Notes under the pieces: model-generated
What the model was told of the DNA's origin: nothing
Seen by the model: the letters and a program-made list of their open reading frames with translations, nothing else
The model's database searches: none
Shown here: positions 1-8,458 of the stretch, in pieces
Numbering within the stretch: position 1 is the first letter of the stretch
How the letters are laid out: each line of letters begins with the position of its first letter
Assembly (NCBI GenBank): GCA_040390125.1
Contig: JAZJYZ010000001.1
Location: forward strand, 374,402 to 438,401
Direction of reading: 5' to 3'
From: Patescibacteria group bacterium
GTDB lineage: Bacteria > Patescibacteriota > Minisyncoccia > Phycocordibacterales > Phycocordibacteraceae
DNA length: 64,000 nt
Translations under genes and position numbers: made by a program

Positions 1-131
1 ATCACGGTCGACGCAAACCCAAAGCAGTTCGCTATGAGGCAGCCGTCAATCCTGAAGGGGAGAGCCACGAAGCTTCTCGGAGACATCTGCGTGTAAAACT
101 GCAGCCTCTCGTTAAAGCAAAGCTTCCTGAT

Positions 132-593
132 ATGCTTCGTGCGGCTGAAGCGATATTCACCGATCCTGCAGATTTCGAGAAAATACAAGAACACTATGCA
201 ATGAGCTTGAAGCCAAAGTCTTCTGCGAAAAAGTTTGCACAAGAGGGTATAGCCCGTATGAAGTATTGGTTTATTGCCGATGTGGAAGATGTAGACAAAG
301 TGCTAGGTATTGGAGGTTTGTATACAGAGGTTGCGGATCCCGACACTGTTGGTTGGATCGGGTGGTTTGGCGTGTCACCCGATGCTCGCGGGAAAGGGAT
401 AGGCAAATCTCTTCTTGCACGACTTATATCAAAAGCTCGCAAAATTGGTTTCAAGAAACTTCGCTTATGGACGACAAGTGCTCCTGAAGAAATAAACGCA
501 CAAGCTCTCTACGATGAATTTGATTTTCGCCTTACAAGAGAAGATGACTTTCCCGGTAATCAACAGATACTCTATCGGGAAAAGATCCTTTAG
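132..593 (+). CDS. GNAT family N-acetyltransferase
   Basis: Acetyl-CoA motif A VSPDARGKGIGKSL and C-terminal NAQALYDEFDF. Confidence 0.85.
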   Translation: MLRAAEAIFTDPADFEKIQEHYAMSLKPKSSAKKFAQEGIARMKYWFIADVEDVDKVLGIGGLYTEVADPDTVGWIGWFGVSPDARGKGIGKSLLARLISKARKIGFKKLRLWTTSAPEEINAQALYDEFDFRLTREDDFPGNQQILYREKIL

Positions 594-640
594 AGCTTTG
601 ATTTCTCTCACTCCTTTCATTGCTCGATCAGTTTTTGTTA

Positions 641-1411
641 CTATGCATGTGGCATTGGTACCACCAGAGGCAATTCTTTTGTTTGTTTCAGAAAACTTGG
701 GATAAATCGTCGCCCGTACAGCATGAGTCCGGTTTGTGCCGCACCGATAAGATATCTGTTTGCTTTGTTTGAAACTTTGTATAATTTTCGCACTTGTCGT
801 ATTCCTGCATTAGCTCTTTGCAATGCCCACGTCTTACTTTTGCCATCCGCCTTATAGTCCATCACATCATCTCCAAAATTGCCCAATGAGGTAAGAGCAC
901 CTAAAACGGGAGTTAAATGTTTGTTTCTTTCTGTGTCTTTTGAGACTGCTACTGCTATAGCTTTACCAAGATAGAGTGCTTCTCTGTGTCGATCTTTTAA
1001 AGAATCTTTTCCTGAGTATGATAGTGCACGTATCGCTGCAGAACGATAGGAGGGAAAATTTCCATGTTTTTCTATGAGGCTTCTAAGCTCGGAGAGTGCA
1101 GAATTTAGAGAAGGAAAATTTGATTTTTCCGTGGTAATAAATTCATTTAGTTTTGATTTGTCATGTTTCATATTATCGAGCATAAAGTCGATAACTGACA
1201 TTACTATAAAAATTCGTTCAATGATTTCTTTTTTTTCTTTATTAAACCGTAATCCTTCGGCCTTTTCTATGAGTGATGTAAAGATACCTCCGGCTTTTCG
1301 ATAATAGAATTGCCGATTGGCAAACACTGGATACTTTTCAAATTCAGGTATTGTAACGTAAGCAGGTGTGGTTTCTGTTTGAGGTGATCCCCTACGTTTT
1401 TCTTGTCCCAT
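641..1411 (-). CDS. Hypothetical helical protein with isoprenoid-synthase-like Asp-rich motifs
   Basis: Long ORF; IDFMLD and GNFGDDVMDYKAD motifs; start set at MGQEK (ATG 1411). Confidence 0.5.
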   Translation of the reverse strand: MGQEKRRGSPQTETTPAYVTIPEFEKYPVFANRQFYYRKAGGIFTSLIEKAEGLRFNKEKKEIIERIFIVMSVIDFMLDNMKHDKSKLNEFITTEKSNFPSLNSALSELRSLIEKHGNFPSYRSAAIRALSYSGKDSLKDRHREALYLGKAIAVAVSKDTERNKHLTPVLGALTSLGNFGDDVMDYKADGKSKTWALQRANAGIRQVRKLYKVSNKANRYLIGAAQTGLMLYGRRFIPSFLKQTKELPLVVPMPHA

Positions 1412-1510
1412 ATTATAGATGCATTGCAATTAGGTATTGCAATTGCGGGCATAAATCCTATCACAGTATTTTTAAATATTACAGACTCGAATTTAGCGGT
1501 AGGCTGAGTT

Positions 1511-2593
1511 TCATTTCTTCCTAAAAAGCCTTTCCACTGCCTTGTGCAAGATCCAGGCTAGCCCTAATAGGATGGGAAGATAAAGTGCCGTTGCGAGCCA
1601 TGCGGGTAGGTGAGAGTAGAGAATGTCATATCGTGACATTAAAGGCCAGTGAATGAGGTAGAGCTCATAGGAGTAAAGCCCAAAGACATAGAGCATTCCG
1701 ATACGGAAACGCTTCAGTGTGAAAAGGGCGAAAAGGAGCGACATTAGAAGGAGGCTTATGTATTGCTGAGAGGGTGTGCCAACACCTGAAAAATAGGCAA
1801 AATAGGAAAAGATTCCTGCGAGGCAAAGTATGCTCAGTCCTCGGCCTCTGATATTCATTTTGTTAATTTTTTGCTCAATCCGTTCTCTCTGTTTTGGATA
1901 GTTGTTATACAGGGCACCCACCGCTACGCCAAAGGGAAACGCTATTGCGTGGAGGGTGTAAAGAAATTCAACATTCTTCAAAAAAGGCAGGTGTAAAAAG
2001 ATAACGATTTGCACGGCAACGTATATAAGAAGGGCTGAAAGTAGTGGCTTTTTTTTGAAGAATAAAATAGGAAAAGTGAGATAGAAGAAAAGAATAAATG
2101 TGAAATACCAGAGCGGCGAGTTGATGTCAGTGAAAAGGTTGGCACTGGGAAAGAAGCCTGCGAGTGACTGTGCGACGTAGCCCCAGGAGTAATTGAGATG
2201 AAGTATCCCTGCATCCATAATTAAAAGTACTCCGAGCACTATGGAGAGAGGGAAGTAGAGCTTTGGTAGATGGCGGAGATAGAAGTCTTTTGTTGGAAGA
2301 TTTTTTTTGAGTGTAGATACGGCGAGCCCAAAGCCGGAAAGGAATAGGAACATATCGACACCAACGCCTGCGAGAATTGATAGGGGAAATAGAAACCGAT
2401 GGTCGTTCGCCAGAAAATATCCGATGTGGGCTAAAATAATAGCAAGCATCGCAAAGCCTTTGAGCTCTTGCGAGAGCCACACTGGCAGGAGTGAGATATC
2501 TTCTTTTTTCTTCAGGAACAGCAAAAGACCTGCAAAAAGTAGTAGTGCAAAAATGTATGTTGATGAAACAGGATTGAGTATCTCTATAGGCAT
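1511..2593 (-). CDS. Acyltransferase family 3 (OafA-like) membrane O-acyltransferase
   Basis: LKGFAMLAIILAH, GVDMFLFLSGFGL, LWYF and SYELYLIHW motifs; multiple TM helices. Confidence 0.85.
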   Translation of the reverse strand: MPIEILNPVSSTYIFALLLFAGLLLFLKKKEDISLLPVWLSQELKGFAMLAIILAHIGYFLANDHRFLFPLSILAGVGVDMFLFLSGFGLAVSTLKKNLPTKDFYLRHLPKLYFPLSIVLGVLLIMDAGILHLNYSWGYVAQSLAGFFPSANLFTDINSPLWYFTFILFFYLTFPILFFKKKPLLSALLIYVAVQIVIFLHLPFLKNVEFLYTLHAIAFPFGVAVGALYNNYPKQRERIEQKINKMNIRGRGLSILCLAGIFSYFAYFSGVGTPSQQYISLLLMSLLFALFTLKRFRIGMLYVFGLYSYELYLIHWPLMSRYDILYSHLPAWLATALYLPILLGLAWILHKAVERLFRKK

Positions 2594-2633
2594 CGTTTAC
2601 AATTTACCATTTTTGCTTAGAGCCTGTATTCCC

Positions 2634-2675
2634 CTGTATAGTATAAAATCACGGTCGTGATTTTATACTATACAG
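2634..2675. repeat. Perfect 20-bp inverted repeat in a divergent intergenic region
   Basis: CTGTATAGTATAAAATCACG-GT-CGTGATTTTATACTATACAG. Confidence 0.9.
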
Positions 2676-2874
2676 ATGGTTTATGGGTTATTGTGGATTA
2701 GGGGAAGTTTTTTTAAAATTTAATTTTCTTCGAAGGTCTGCTTCGTGAGCAAGTAAGAAAAAAAGTGGAGGGCTTGGAAATGAAATTTACTTCTCGTCTG
2801 TAGTGTTTGGCTTTATACTGGAGTTTTTAGGACTGTCAGCGCCGTTTCAGGTAATTTAAAATAATCAATAAAAC

Positions 2875-3558
2875 ATGGAAAAAAATTATAAATATTTAGG
2901 CACCATTAGTGTCTTTTTTGTTTCGGTGCTCTTGATTTCTAATATTGCTTCCACAAAGATAGTGGACTTTGGATGGTTTACGTTCGATGGGGGAACGCTC
3001 TTATTCCCCCTCACCTACATCTTTGGGGACATTCTTACAGAAGTCTATGGCTATCAGAGGTCTCGAAGTGTTGTGTGGCTTGGGTTTCTTTCAGCAGCAC
3101 TGATGTCTCTTGTATTCTTCGTTGTTGGCATTCTTCCTGCCGCTTCAGATTGGACTAACCAATCTGCATACGACCTAATTTTGGGACAAGCACCACGCAT
3201 AGTACTTGCAAGCTTGATTGCCTATCTTGCAGGTGAGTTTTCAAATTCTTTCGTTCTTGCGAAGATGAAAATACTCTCCAAAGGCAAACATTTGTGGATG
3301 CGCACTATCGGCTCCACTGTGGTGGGGGAGCTGGTCGACAGCACTTTGTTCATACTCATTGCCTTTGCAGGTGTATTGCCAGCGTCCTTGCTCCTCACGT
3401 TGATAGTTTCAAATTACATCTTTAAGACTCTCATTGAAATTATTTTCACTCCGCTTACCTACAAAGTGATTCGTTTCCTCAAGAAAAACGAGCAAGAGGA
3501 TTACTACGACCACAAAACAAATTTCAATCCGTTTGCGTGGGGCAACCGAAACAGCTAG
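2875..3558 (+). CDS. yhhQ: Queuosine precursor transporter (VUT/YhhQ family)
   Basis: SNI..K, FPLTYIFGDILTEVYG, RIVLASLIAYL, RTIGSTVVGELVDS motifs. Confidence 0.9.
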   Translation: MEKNYKYLGTISVFFVSVLLISNIASTKIVDFGWFTFDGGTLLFPLTYIFGDILTEVYGYQRSRSVVWLGFLSAALMSLVFFVVGILPAASDWTNQSAYDLILGQAPRIVLASLIAYLAGEFSNSFVLAKMKILSKGKHLWMRTIGSTVVGELVDSTLFILIAFAGVLPASLLLTLIVSNYIFKTLIEIIFTPLTYKVIRFLKKNEQEDYYDHKTNFNPFAWGNRNS

Positions 3559-3570
3559 TTGCTAGTTTGT

Positions 3571-3837
3571 ATGGAAGAGCGAATTGAAAAAATAGAAAAA
3601 GAGCTGAGCGAAATTCGTGAACGCAACGTTCGTGTTGAAGCTGAAAAAGCATGGGAGCGTAGCTCGCTTCGGGTAGTTGCTATTGCGGTAATTATCTACA
3701 GCGTCTCCTGTTTTATGCTTTTCGTGCTCAAAGCAGATCGCATTTTCTTGGCAGGGCTTCTTCCGGCAATAGGTTACTTTCTTTCCATGCAGTCACTCTC
3801 CTTCATCAAGAAAGCCTGGATGCAGAATCATAAATAA
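3571..3837 (+). CDS. Small membrane protein
   Basis: ERNVRVEAEKAWERS followed by two TM helices. Confidence 0.7.
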   Translation: MEERIEKIEKELSEIRERNVRVEAEKAWERSSLRVVAIAVIIYSVSCFMLFVLKADRIFLAGLLPAIGYFLSMQSLSFIKKAWMQNHK

Positions 3838-3862
3838 AAAAACGCCCTCAAGGGCGGTTTTA
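3836..3862. terminator. Probable bidirectional intrinsic terminator
   Basis: A-tract CGCCCT-CA-AGGGCG T-tract between convergent genes. Confidence 0.6.
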
Positions 3863-3896
3863 TATGAAACGTTATTAATTCTTTTTAGGACTTTCT

Positions 3897-4280
3897 CTAT
3901 TTTGCTCCTCCGTTCGCTTGAGCCACCACTCTACCCCCCGCCGACCCACCTCCTTTCTGTTGACCACCGTTTGCTCCATCTCCCCTATTCATACGCTCCA
4001 AATTTAATCTATATATTTCATTCGGTACATCGTCGGAGCTACATAAATTTCCCCCATTCAGAGGTCTACCTTCTTTTACCGCTTTAATTTCATTTGCCGC
4101 AGCTCTTTCGCAGGCTTTTGCATCTGCAGGACTCAAATCTCCATATTCCCAAGATCTTTTTGGAACATCTGGACTCTGTGCTCCAGCATTAGTTGCCCAC
4201 GCAAGCGAAAGTGCACCTAGAAGTGCAGGACCCCAGCGGGACTTAGGATTTCTGACTCTTTCTACTCCCTCATGTTTCAT
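3897..4280 (-). CDS. Hypothetical exported protein
   Basis: Signal-peptide-like N-terminus; upstream TTGACA-16-TACCAT promoter on the minus strand. Confidence 0.55.
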   Translation of the reverse strand: MKHEGVERVRNPKSRWGPALLGALSLAWATNAGAQSPDVPKRSWEYGDLSPADAKACERAAANEIKAVKEGRPLNGGNLCSSDDVPNEIYRLNLERMNRGDGANGGQQKGGGSAGGRVVAQANGGAK

Positions 4281-4438
4281 ATTGAGAAAAGACTAACTAA
4301 CAGGATAATGGTACCTTCCGAGTTCAAAATGTCAATGTACATGGTGTGTGGGTGTGGATTCTTCAATGAGCTAATTACGGCTCTAGTTCTAGGTGTATAA
4401 GGCTCTCTGTGCAGTTTTTGAAGGTATACTAGTACTGT

Positions 4439-5377
4439 GTGAAAAAGAAAGCCTTTCTTATAGTCGTTGCACTGGTTCTTATTTTTATTCCGCTCGCAGT
4501 ATTTGCGGCTGATTCTAATCCATCGAGTCTTTTGAGTGGCGCCGGCGGAGGTTTGGTCCCCCAATGTGAAGGACCTGAATGTAAAGCTTGCGATTTAACT
4601 GATCTCGCTAACAACGTTATCAACTTTGGCGTTGCTTTTTCTGTAATCGTGGCAACACTCATGTTTGCCTATGCGGGAGTTCTCTACGTAACGGCCGCTA
4701 GTAGCCCTGAACAGATTAAAAAAGCTCACGGGGTATTTACTAATGTATTTGTCGGGTTGTTATTGGTCCTGCTTGCCTGGCTTTTGGTGAACATACTGTT
4801 TTCAGTACTTACAGGGAGGGGGTTGGCTGTATGGAGTCATGTAGATTGTATTGAAAATCCTACAACTGACCCTTTCGCTGATGTTCCGATTCTCCCCCAA
4901 AGCACGTTGGTGACAGGAGGGGCTGGAGCGGGACGACCTTCAACGGTAGCCTCGGTTGGGACTGCATATTCTACGAGTGCTGCAGCAATAGCAGCCTTGG
5001 AACGTGGTGGCGTGTGTGGGGGTGCTGTTCCTTGTACGGACGGCTCTTCACTTGCTGGCTTACGTGTTCAAACTGTAAATCAATTGATTGAACTTCATCA
5101 GGGATGTGGATGTCAGTTTACTGTAACCTCTGGTGTACGTCTTGGCGGTGCTCATGCTACTGGATTGAAAGTCGATGTTCGTATCAACAAGGCTCTTAGT
5201 GATTACATAGAGAGGACGTTTGTTCCTGATCCTAGGTATGGAGGTAAGCGTGTTCCATGGGGCTCTCAAGAGGCATATGTGTATAACGATAGCTGTGGCA
5301 ATGTCTATGCTAGGGAATACGGCTCGCAACCACATTGGGATATAGAGGCAAAACGAGGAAGACTCTGCACATTTTAA
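4439..5377 (+). CDS. CPR pilin-like protein fused to a C-terminal peptidase M15-like (LAS) domain
   Basis: GLVPQCEG..C..CDL..L.NN plus two TM pilin region; C-terminal TSG..R..H..G.KVD and HWD. Confidence 0.6.
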   Translation: MKKKAFLIVVALVLIFIPLAVFAADSNPSSLLSGAGGGLVPQCEGPECKACDLTDLANNVINFGVAFSVIVATLMFAYAGVLYVTAASSPEQIKKAHGVFTNVFVGLLLVLLAWLLVNILFSVLTGRGLAVWSHVDCIENPTTDPFADVPILPQSTLVTGGAGAGRPSTVASVGTAYSTSAAAIAALERGGVCGGAVPCTDGSSLAGLRVQTVNQLIELHQGCGCQFTVTSGVRLGGAHATGLKVDVRINKALSDYIERTFVPDPRYGGKRVPWGSQEAYVYNDSCGNVYAREYGSQPHWDIEAKRGRLCTF

Positions 5378-5396
5378 TTTTCTGCACAAATACACT

Positions 5397-5984
5397 ATGA
5401 ATTCACAAAAAACCTTCATCCTTGCCATCGCAACCCTGGTCTTAATTGTAGGGACGGGCATTTTATATTTTTTCGCACAAGTGCGCACTTCTTCATCTGT
5501 GCAAGATTCACCTCTTGGAACACTGCCAACTACAAATACCCAAACGGGTGGAAACACATCTTTCCCAAGCAATGCCACTGGGCAAAGTGCTATTTCAAAC
5601 AAGTTTGAAATAGCAACCACCGAGGGAGGGTTACTTGTTTCTGATTTTACTAAAGCCCCCGGCGTGGCTTCTACGACAGGGGCTAGCTTTTCATTATCCT
5701 GGTTCCCCGGTTCAACTTCGGCGACGAGTTCCGATAATGCATCGTACGAAATCTATTATTATCCAGAAGATACTTTTTTCATCGTGGTTATTTTGAAAGA
5801 GCCAATAGGTGAGGTGCGCCGACAGGCCACGGACGACCTCAAAGAGAAGCTTGGTGTTTCAGATAAGGAGTTATGTACTCTAGTGGCGGACGTGAATGTG
5901 CCTTATTTTGTAAATGAATTTTATGCTGGGAAAAATATAGGGTTCCCCGGCTGTACAGGAGCGGTGAAATTTCAAGGTGACTAG
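5397..5984 (+). CDS. Hypothetical membrane-anchored protein
   Basis: N-terminal TM, Ser/Thr-rich linker, C-terminal LGVS..ELC.L motif. Confidence 0.7.
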   Translation: MNSQKTFILAIATLVLIVGTGILYFFAQVRTSSSVQDSPLGTLPTTNTQTGGNTSFPSNATGQSAISNKFEIATTEGGLLVSDFTKAPGVASTTGASFSLSWFPGSTSATSSDNASYEIYYYPEDTFFIVVILKEPIGEVRRQATDDLKEKLGVSDKELCTLVADVNVPYFVNEFYAGKNIGFPGCTGAVKFQGD

Positions 5985-6010
5985 TTTTATATTTTGAACG
6001 ACTACTCCGA

Positions 6011-6910
6011 TTAATCTGAGTAGTTGGGAGAGAGAGAATTTTTTGTTAACGCAAGAATTTCTTCTTTTTGTTCAGGTTGAAACCAGTGAATTTTTTTGTT
6101 TCGCTTGAACCAGGTCATTTGGCGTTTCGCATAGTGTCGAATTTCTAACTCCAGCTGAACAAGCATTTCTTCATACGAAATATGCCCCTGGAGGTGCCGT
6201 GCCATATAACGATACTCAAGTCCTAAACTCTCCATGCGTTTCCATGAAAGCCCCTCTTTCTGCAGTTGTACTGCTTCTTCAAGCATGCCCATTTGCAGGC
6301 GCTCAAGAAGTCGTGCGTGGATTTTTTTTGCCAGCTCGTCTGTTGGCACACTGAGTCCAATATACAAAACATCATAAAGCGATTCTGATATCGAGGGAGG
6401 AACTTTGCCAAGTGCTCGTGCTATTTCTATGGCACGTATTAAACGCACAGGATTTTTTGTGTCTATTGTTTTTGCTTTTTCCGAATCAAGTTTTTTCAGT
6501 TCTTCATTCAGTTTTTCTAAGCTGAAACCTGACAGCTGAAACCTGACAGCTGAATTCGCCGGTACACCGGGGATGGAAAAATTTCCAAGGAGTGCATCTA
6601 TGTAAAACCCAGTACCCCCTACGATAATCGGTATTTTTTTATTTTTGAGAATGCTTTCTATGGCTTCTCTACCTAATCGTATGTAATCCGCTACAGAAAA
6701 TACCTCAGTAGGGTCTGCAACGTCGAGGAGGTGGTGGGGGACCCCTTTTGTTTCGTTTGGGGTGACTTTCCCACTTCCGATATCTAAGCCTCGATACACC
6801 TGTCTTGAGTCTGCAGAAACCACTTCACCACTCTGAGTGAGGGCAACGTCAATAGAAAGGCTTGTTTTCCCTGATGCGGTGGGGCCAAGAATAACAATAA
6901 CCTTCTCCAT
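6011..6910 (-). CDS. miaA: tRNA dimethylallyltransferase
   Basis: GPTASGKT, SADSRQVYRGLDIGSGK, VGGTGFY, YAKRQMTWF. Confidence 0.97.
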   Translation of the reverse strand: MEKVIVILGPTASGKTSLSIDVALTQSGEVVSADSRQVYRGLDIGSGKVTPNETKGVPHHLLDVADPTEVFSVADYIRLGREAIESILKNKKIPIIVGGTGFYIDALLGNFSIPGVPANSAVRFQLSGFSLEKLNEELKKLDSEKAKTIDTKNPVRLIRAIEIARALGKVPPSISESLYDVLYIGLSVPTDELAKKIHARLLERLQMGMLEEAVQLQKEGLSWKRMESLGLEYRYMARHLQGHISYEEMLVQLELEIRHYAKRQMTWFKRNKKIHWFQPEQKEEILALTKNSLSPNYSD

Positions 6911-7027
6911 AAGTATTTAGTCTTTAGGGGTTAGTGTTTAGATTGATTTTCAGACAAGCTGGAAGCTGACAGCTGAAACCTGTAAGCTATCTCATGTTAC
7001 ACTGGACACGTTACCAAACGAAAATTT

Positions 7028-7666
7028 ATGGCAAAAAAACAGGAAGATAATGAAGAAGGAGTATGCTTCACTAGCATGGTGCGTGTGGGACATATGGTCC
7101 CCGATTTTGAGTTTGAGGTGTTCCATAAAGATAAGGTTAAGAAGAATCGTTTGTCTGATTACAAAGGAAAGTGGCTGGTTCTTTTTTTCTATCCAGCTGA
7201 TTTCACATTTGTGTGTCCCACAGAGCTCGAAGAGCTTGCCGATTCCCATAAGTCATTTACAGAATTAGACACTGAGATTGTGAGTGTGAGTGCAGACACG
7301 GTGTTTGCACACAAAGCGTGGCACGATACATCGCCCGCAATAGGGAAAATTGATTTTCCGATGGCTTCAGACACTGCAGGCAGGCTTGCTCGAGCGTTCG
7401 GTACTTTTATAGAAAATGAAGGACTCGAGCATGTGGAGGATGAGGGTCTGTCACTGCGTGGCACATTCATAATTGATCCTGATGGTGTTCTTTCCACGAT
7501 GGAAATCCACGACAACTCGATTGGACGCTCAGCAAAAGAATTACTTCGCAAACTTCAAGCGGCACAGTTTGTACGAGCACACGGAGGTCAGGTGTGCCCG
7601 GCTGAATGGCAACCAGGAGACGATACGTTGAAAGGAGGGGACTTGGATCTTGTAGGAAAGATCTGA
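7028..7666 (+). CDS. ahpC: 2-Cys peroxiredoxin
   Basis: FYPADFTFVCPTE and VCPAEW motifs. Confidence 0.95.
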   Translation: MAKKQEDNEEGVCFTSMVRVGHMVPDFEFEVFHKDKVKKNRLSDYKGKWLVLFFYPADFTFVCPTELEELADSHKSFTELDTEIVSVSADTVFAHKAWHDTSPAIGKIDFPMASDTAGRLARAFGTFIENEGLEHVEDEGLSLRGTFIIDPDGVLSTMEIHDNSIGRSAKELLRKLQAAQFVRAHGGQVCPAEWQPGDDTLKGGDLDLVGKI

Positions 7667-7709
7667 TTAGCTTTCAGGTGTCAGGTTCCAGCTTTCAGCT
7701 TTTGGATCG

Positions 7710-8159
7710 ATGAATGCCAAGGAAGAACTTCTAGCAAAACTTCGTGGGGCAGATGTCCTGATTGGGTATTCTCCAATGGGTGACGAACCAGACGTTCATA
7801 GTTTCCTAATAGAACATCAAATATTTAAGCCAGGTCGTTCTATTGTTGCGGATAAAAATATCTCTCCGCATGATTTTGCGTTATCACTCTTAAAAGCACA
7901 TGAAGGTGAGAAGGTTTGTATTTTTGTTCCTGGAAGAGAATTTGATACATTCGGCACTCGGCATGGGCGTGGTGGAGGGTGGTACGACAGATTTCTCAAA
8001 GAGTTACCACGCACTTGGTTGCGGATAGGTGTTTTGCACCCAACTCAACTTTCTGAAGAAAAACTAAAACGAGAACCCTGGGACGAGCCGGTGGACTATC
8101 TTTTGGTTACAAAAAATAACGATTGGGATATTTTTGCAACCAATGCAAGGGGAAAATAA
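7710..8159 (+). CDS. 5-formyltetrahydrofolate cyclo-ligase family protein (short)
   Basis: VPG..FD..G.RHGRGGGWYDRFL and EPWDEPVD. Confidence 0.85.
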   Translation: MNAKEELLAKLRGADVLIGYSPMGDEPDVHSFLIEHQIFKPGRSIVADKNISPHDFALSLLKAHEGEKVCIFVPGREFDTFGTRHGRGGGWYDRFLKELPRTWLRIGVLHPTQLSEEKLKREPWDEPVDYLLVTKNNDWDIFATNARGK

Positions 8160-8160
8160 G

Positions 8161-8324
8161 TGTGCCGGAGGAGCTCGGTCACAGATAATTGTTCGCCGTC
8201 GCTCACAATTTCTGCGACCCCACCTCACGGTTTTTCGTAACGAAAAACATCGTTCCGGCTTTCGAGTCCCTCCCGCACGCCAGAGCAGTCTGGCGTGCTT
8301 CCGGCCTGTTCACTTTGTTCACTG
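8161..8324 (-). ncRNA. Structured tRNA-trailing element ending in a duplicated tRNA-Leu 3' end
   Basis: 13-bp direct repeat TGTGCCGGAGGAG at 8161 and 8323; multiple hairpins; same architecture as 25962-26162. Confidence 0.7.
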
Positions 8325-8405
8325 TGCCGGAGGAGGGACTCGAACCCTCATCCCTTGCGAGACACGATTTTGAGTCGTGCGTGTATACCATTCCACCACT
8401 CCGGC
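8325..8405 (-). tRNA. tRNA-Leu(CAA)
   Basis: GCCGGAG acceptor, TGGTGGAATGG D-arm, CACGA-CTCAAAA-TCGTG anticodon arm, long variable arm, GGTTCGAGTCC; no encoded CCA. Confidence 0.95.
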
Positions 8406-8458
8406 AATGAGGGAATCCTATCGCAGTTTTTGTATCTTCGCCATGTTAGAATCGGTGC

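Noticed and set aside
1-96. 3' end of an upstream CDS
   Set aside because: Only 31 codons visible; the product cannot be supported
2780-2874. preQ1 riboswitch upstream of yhhQ
   Set aside because: An A-rich tail is present but I could not find the preQ1-I stem and GTTC-type loop consensus
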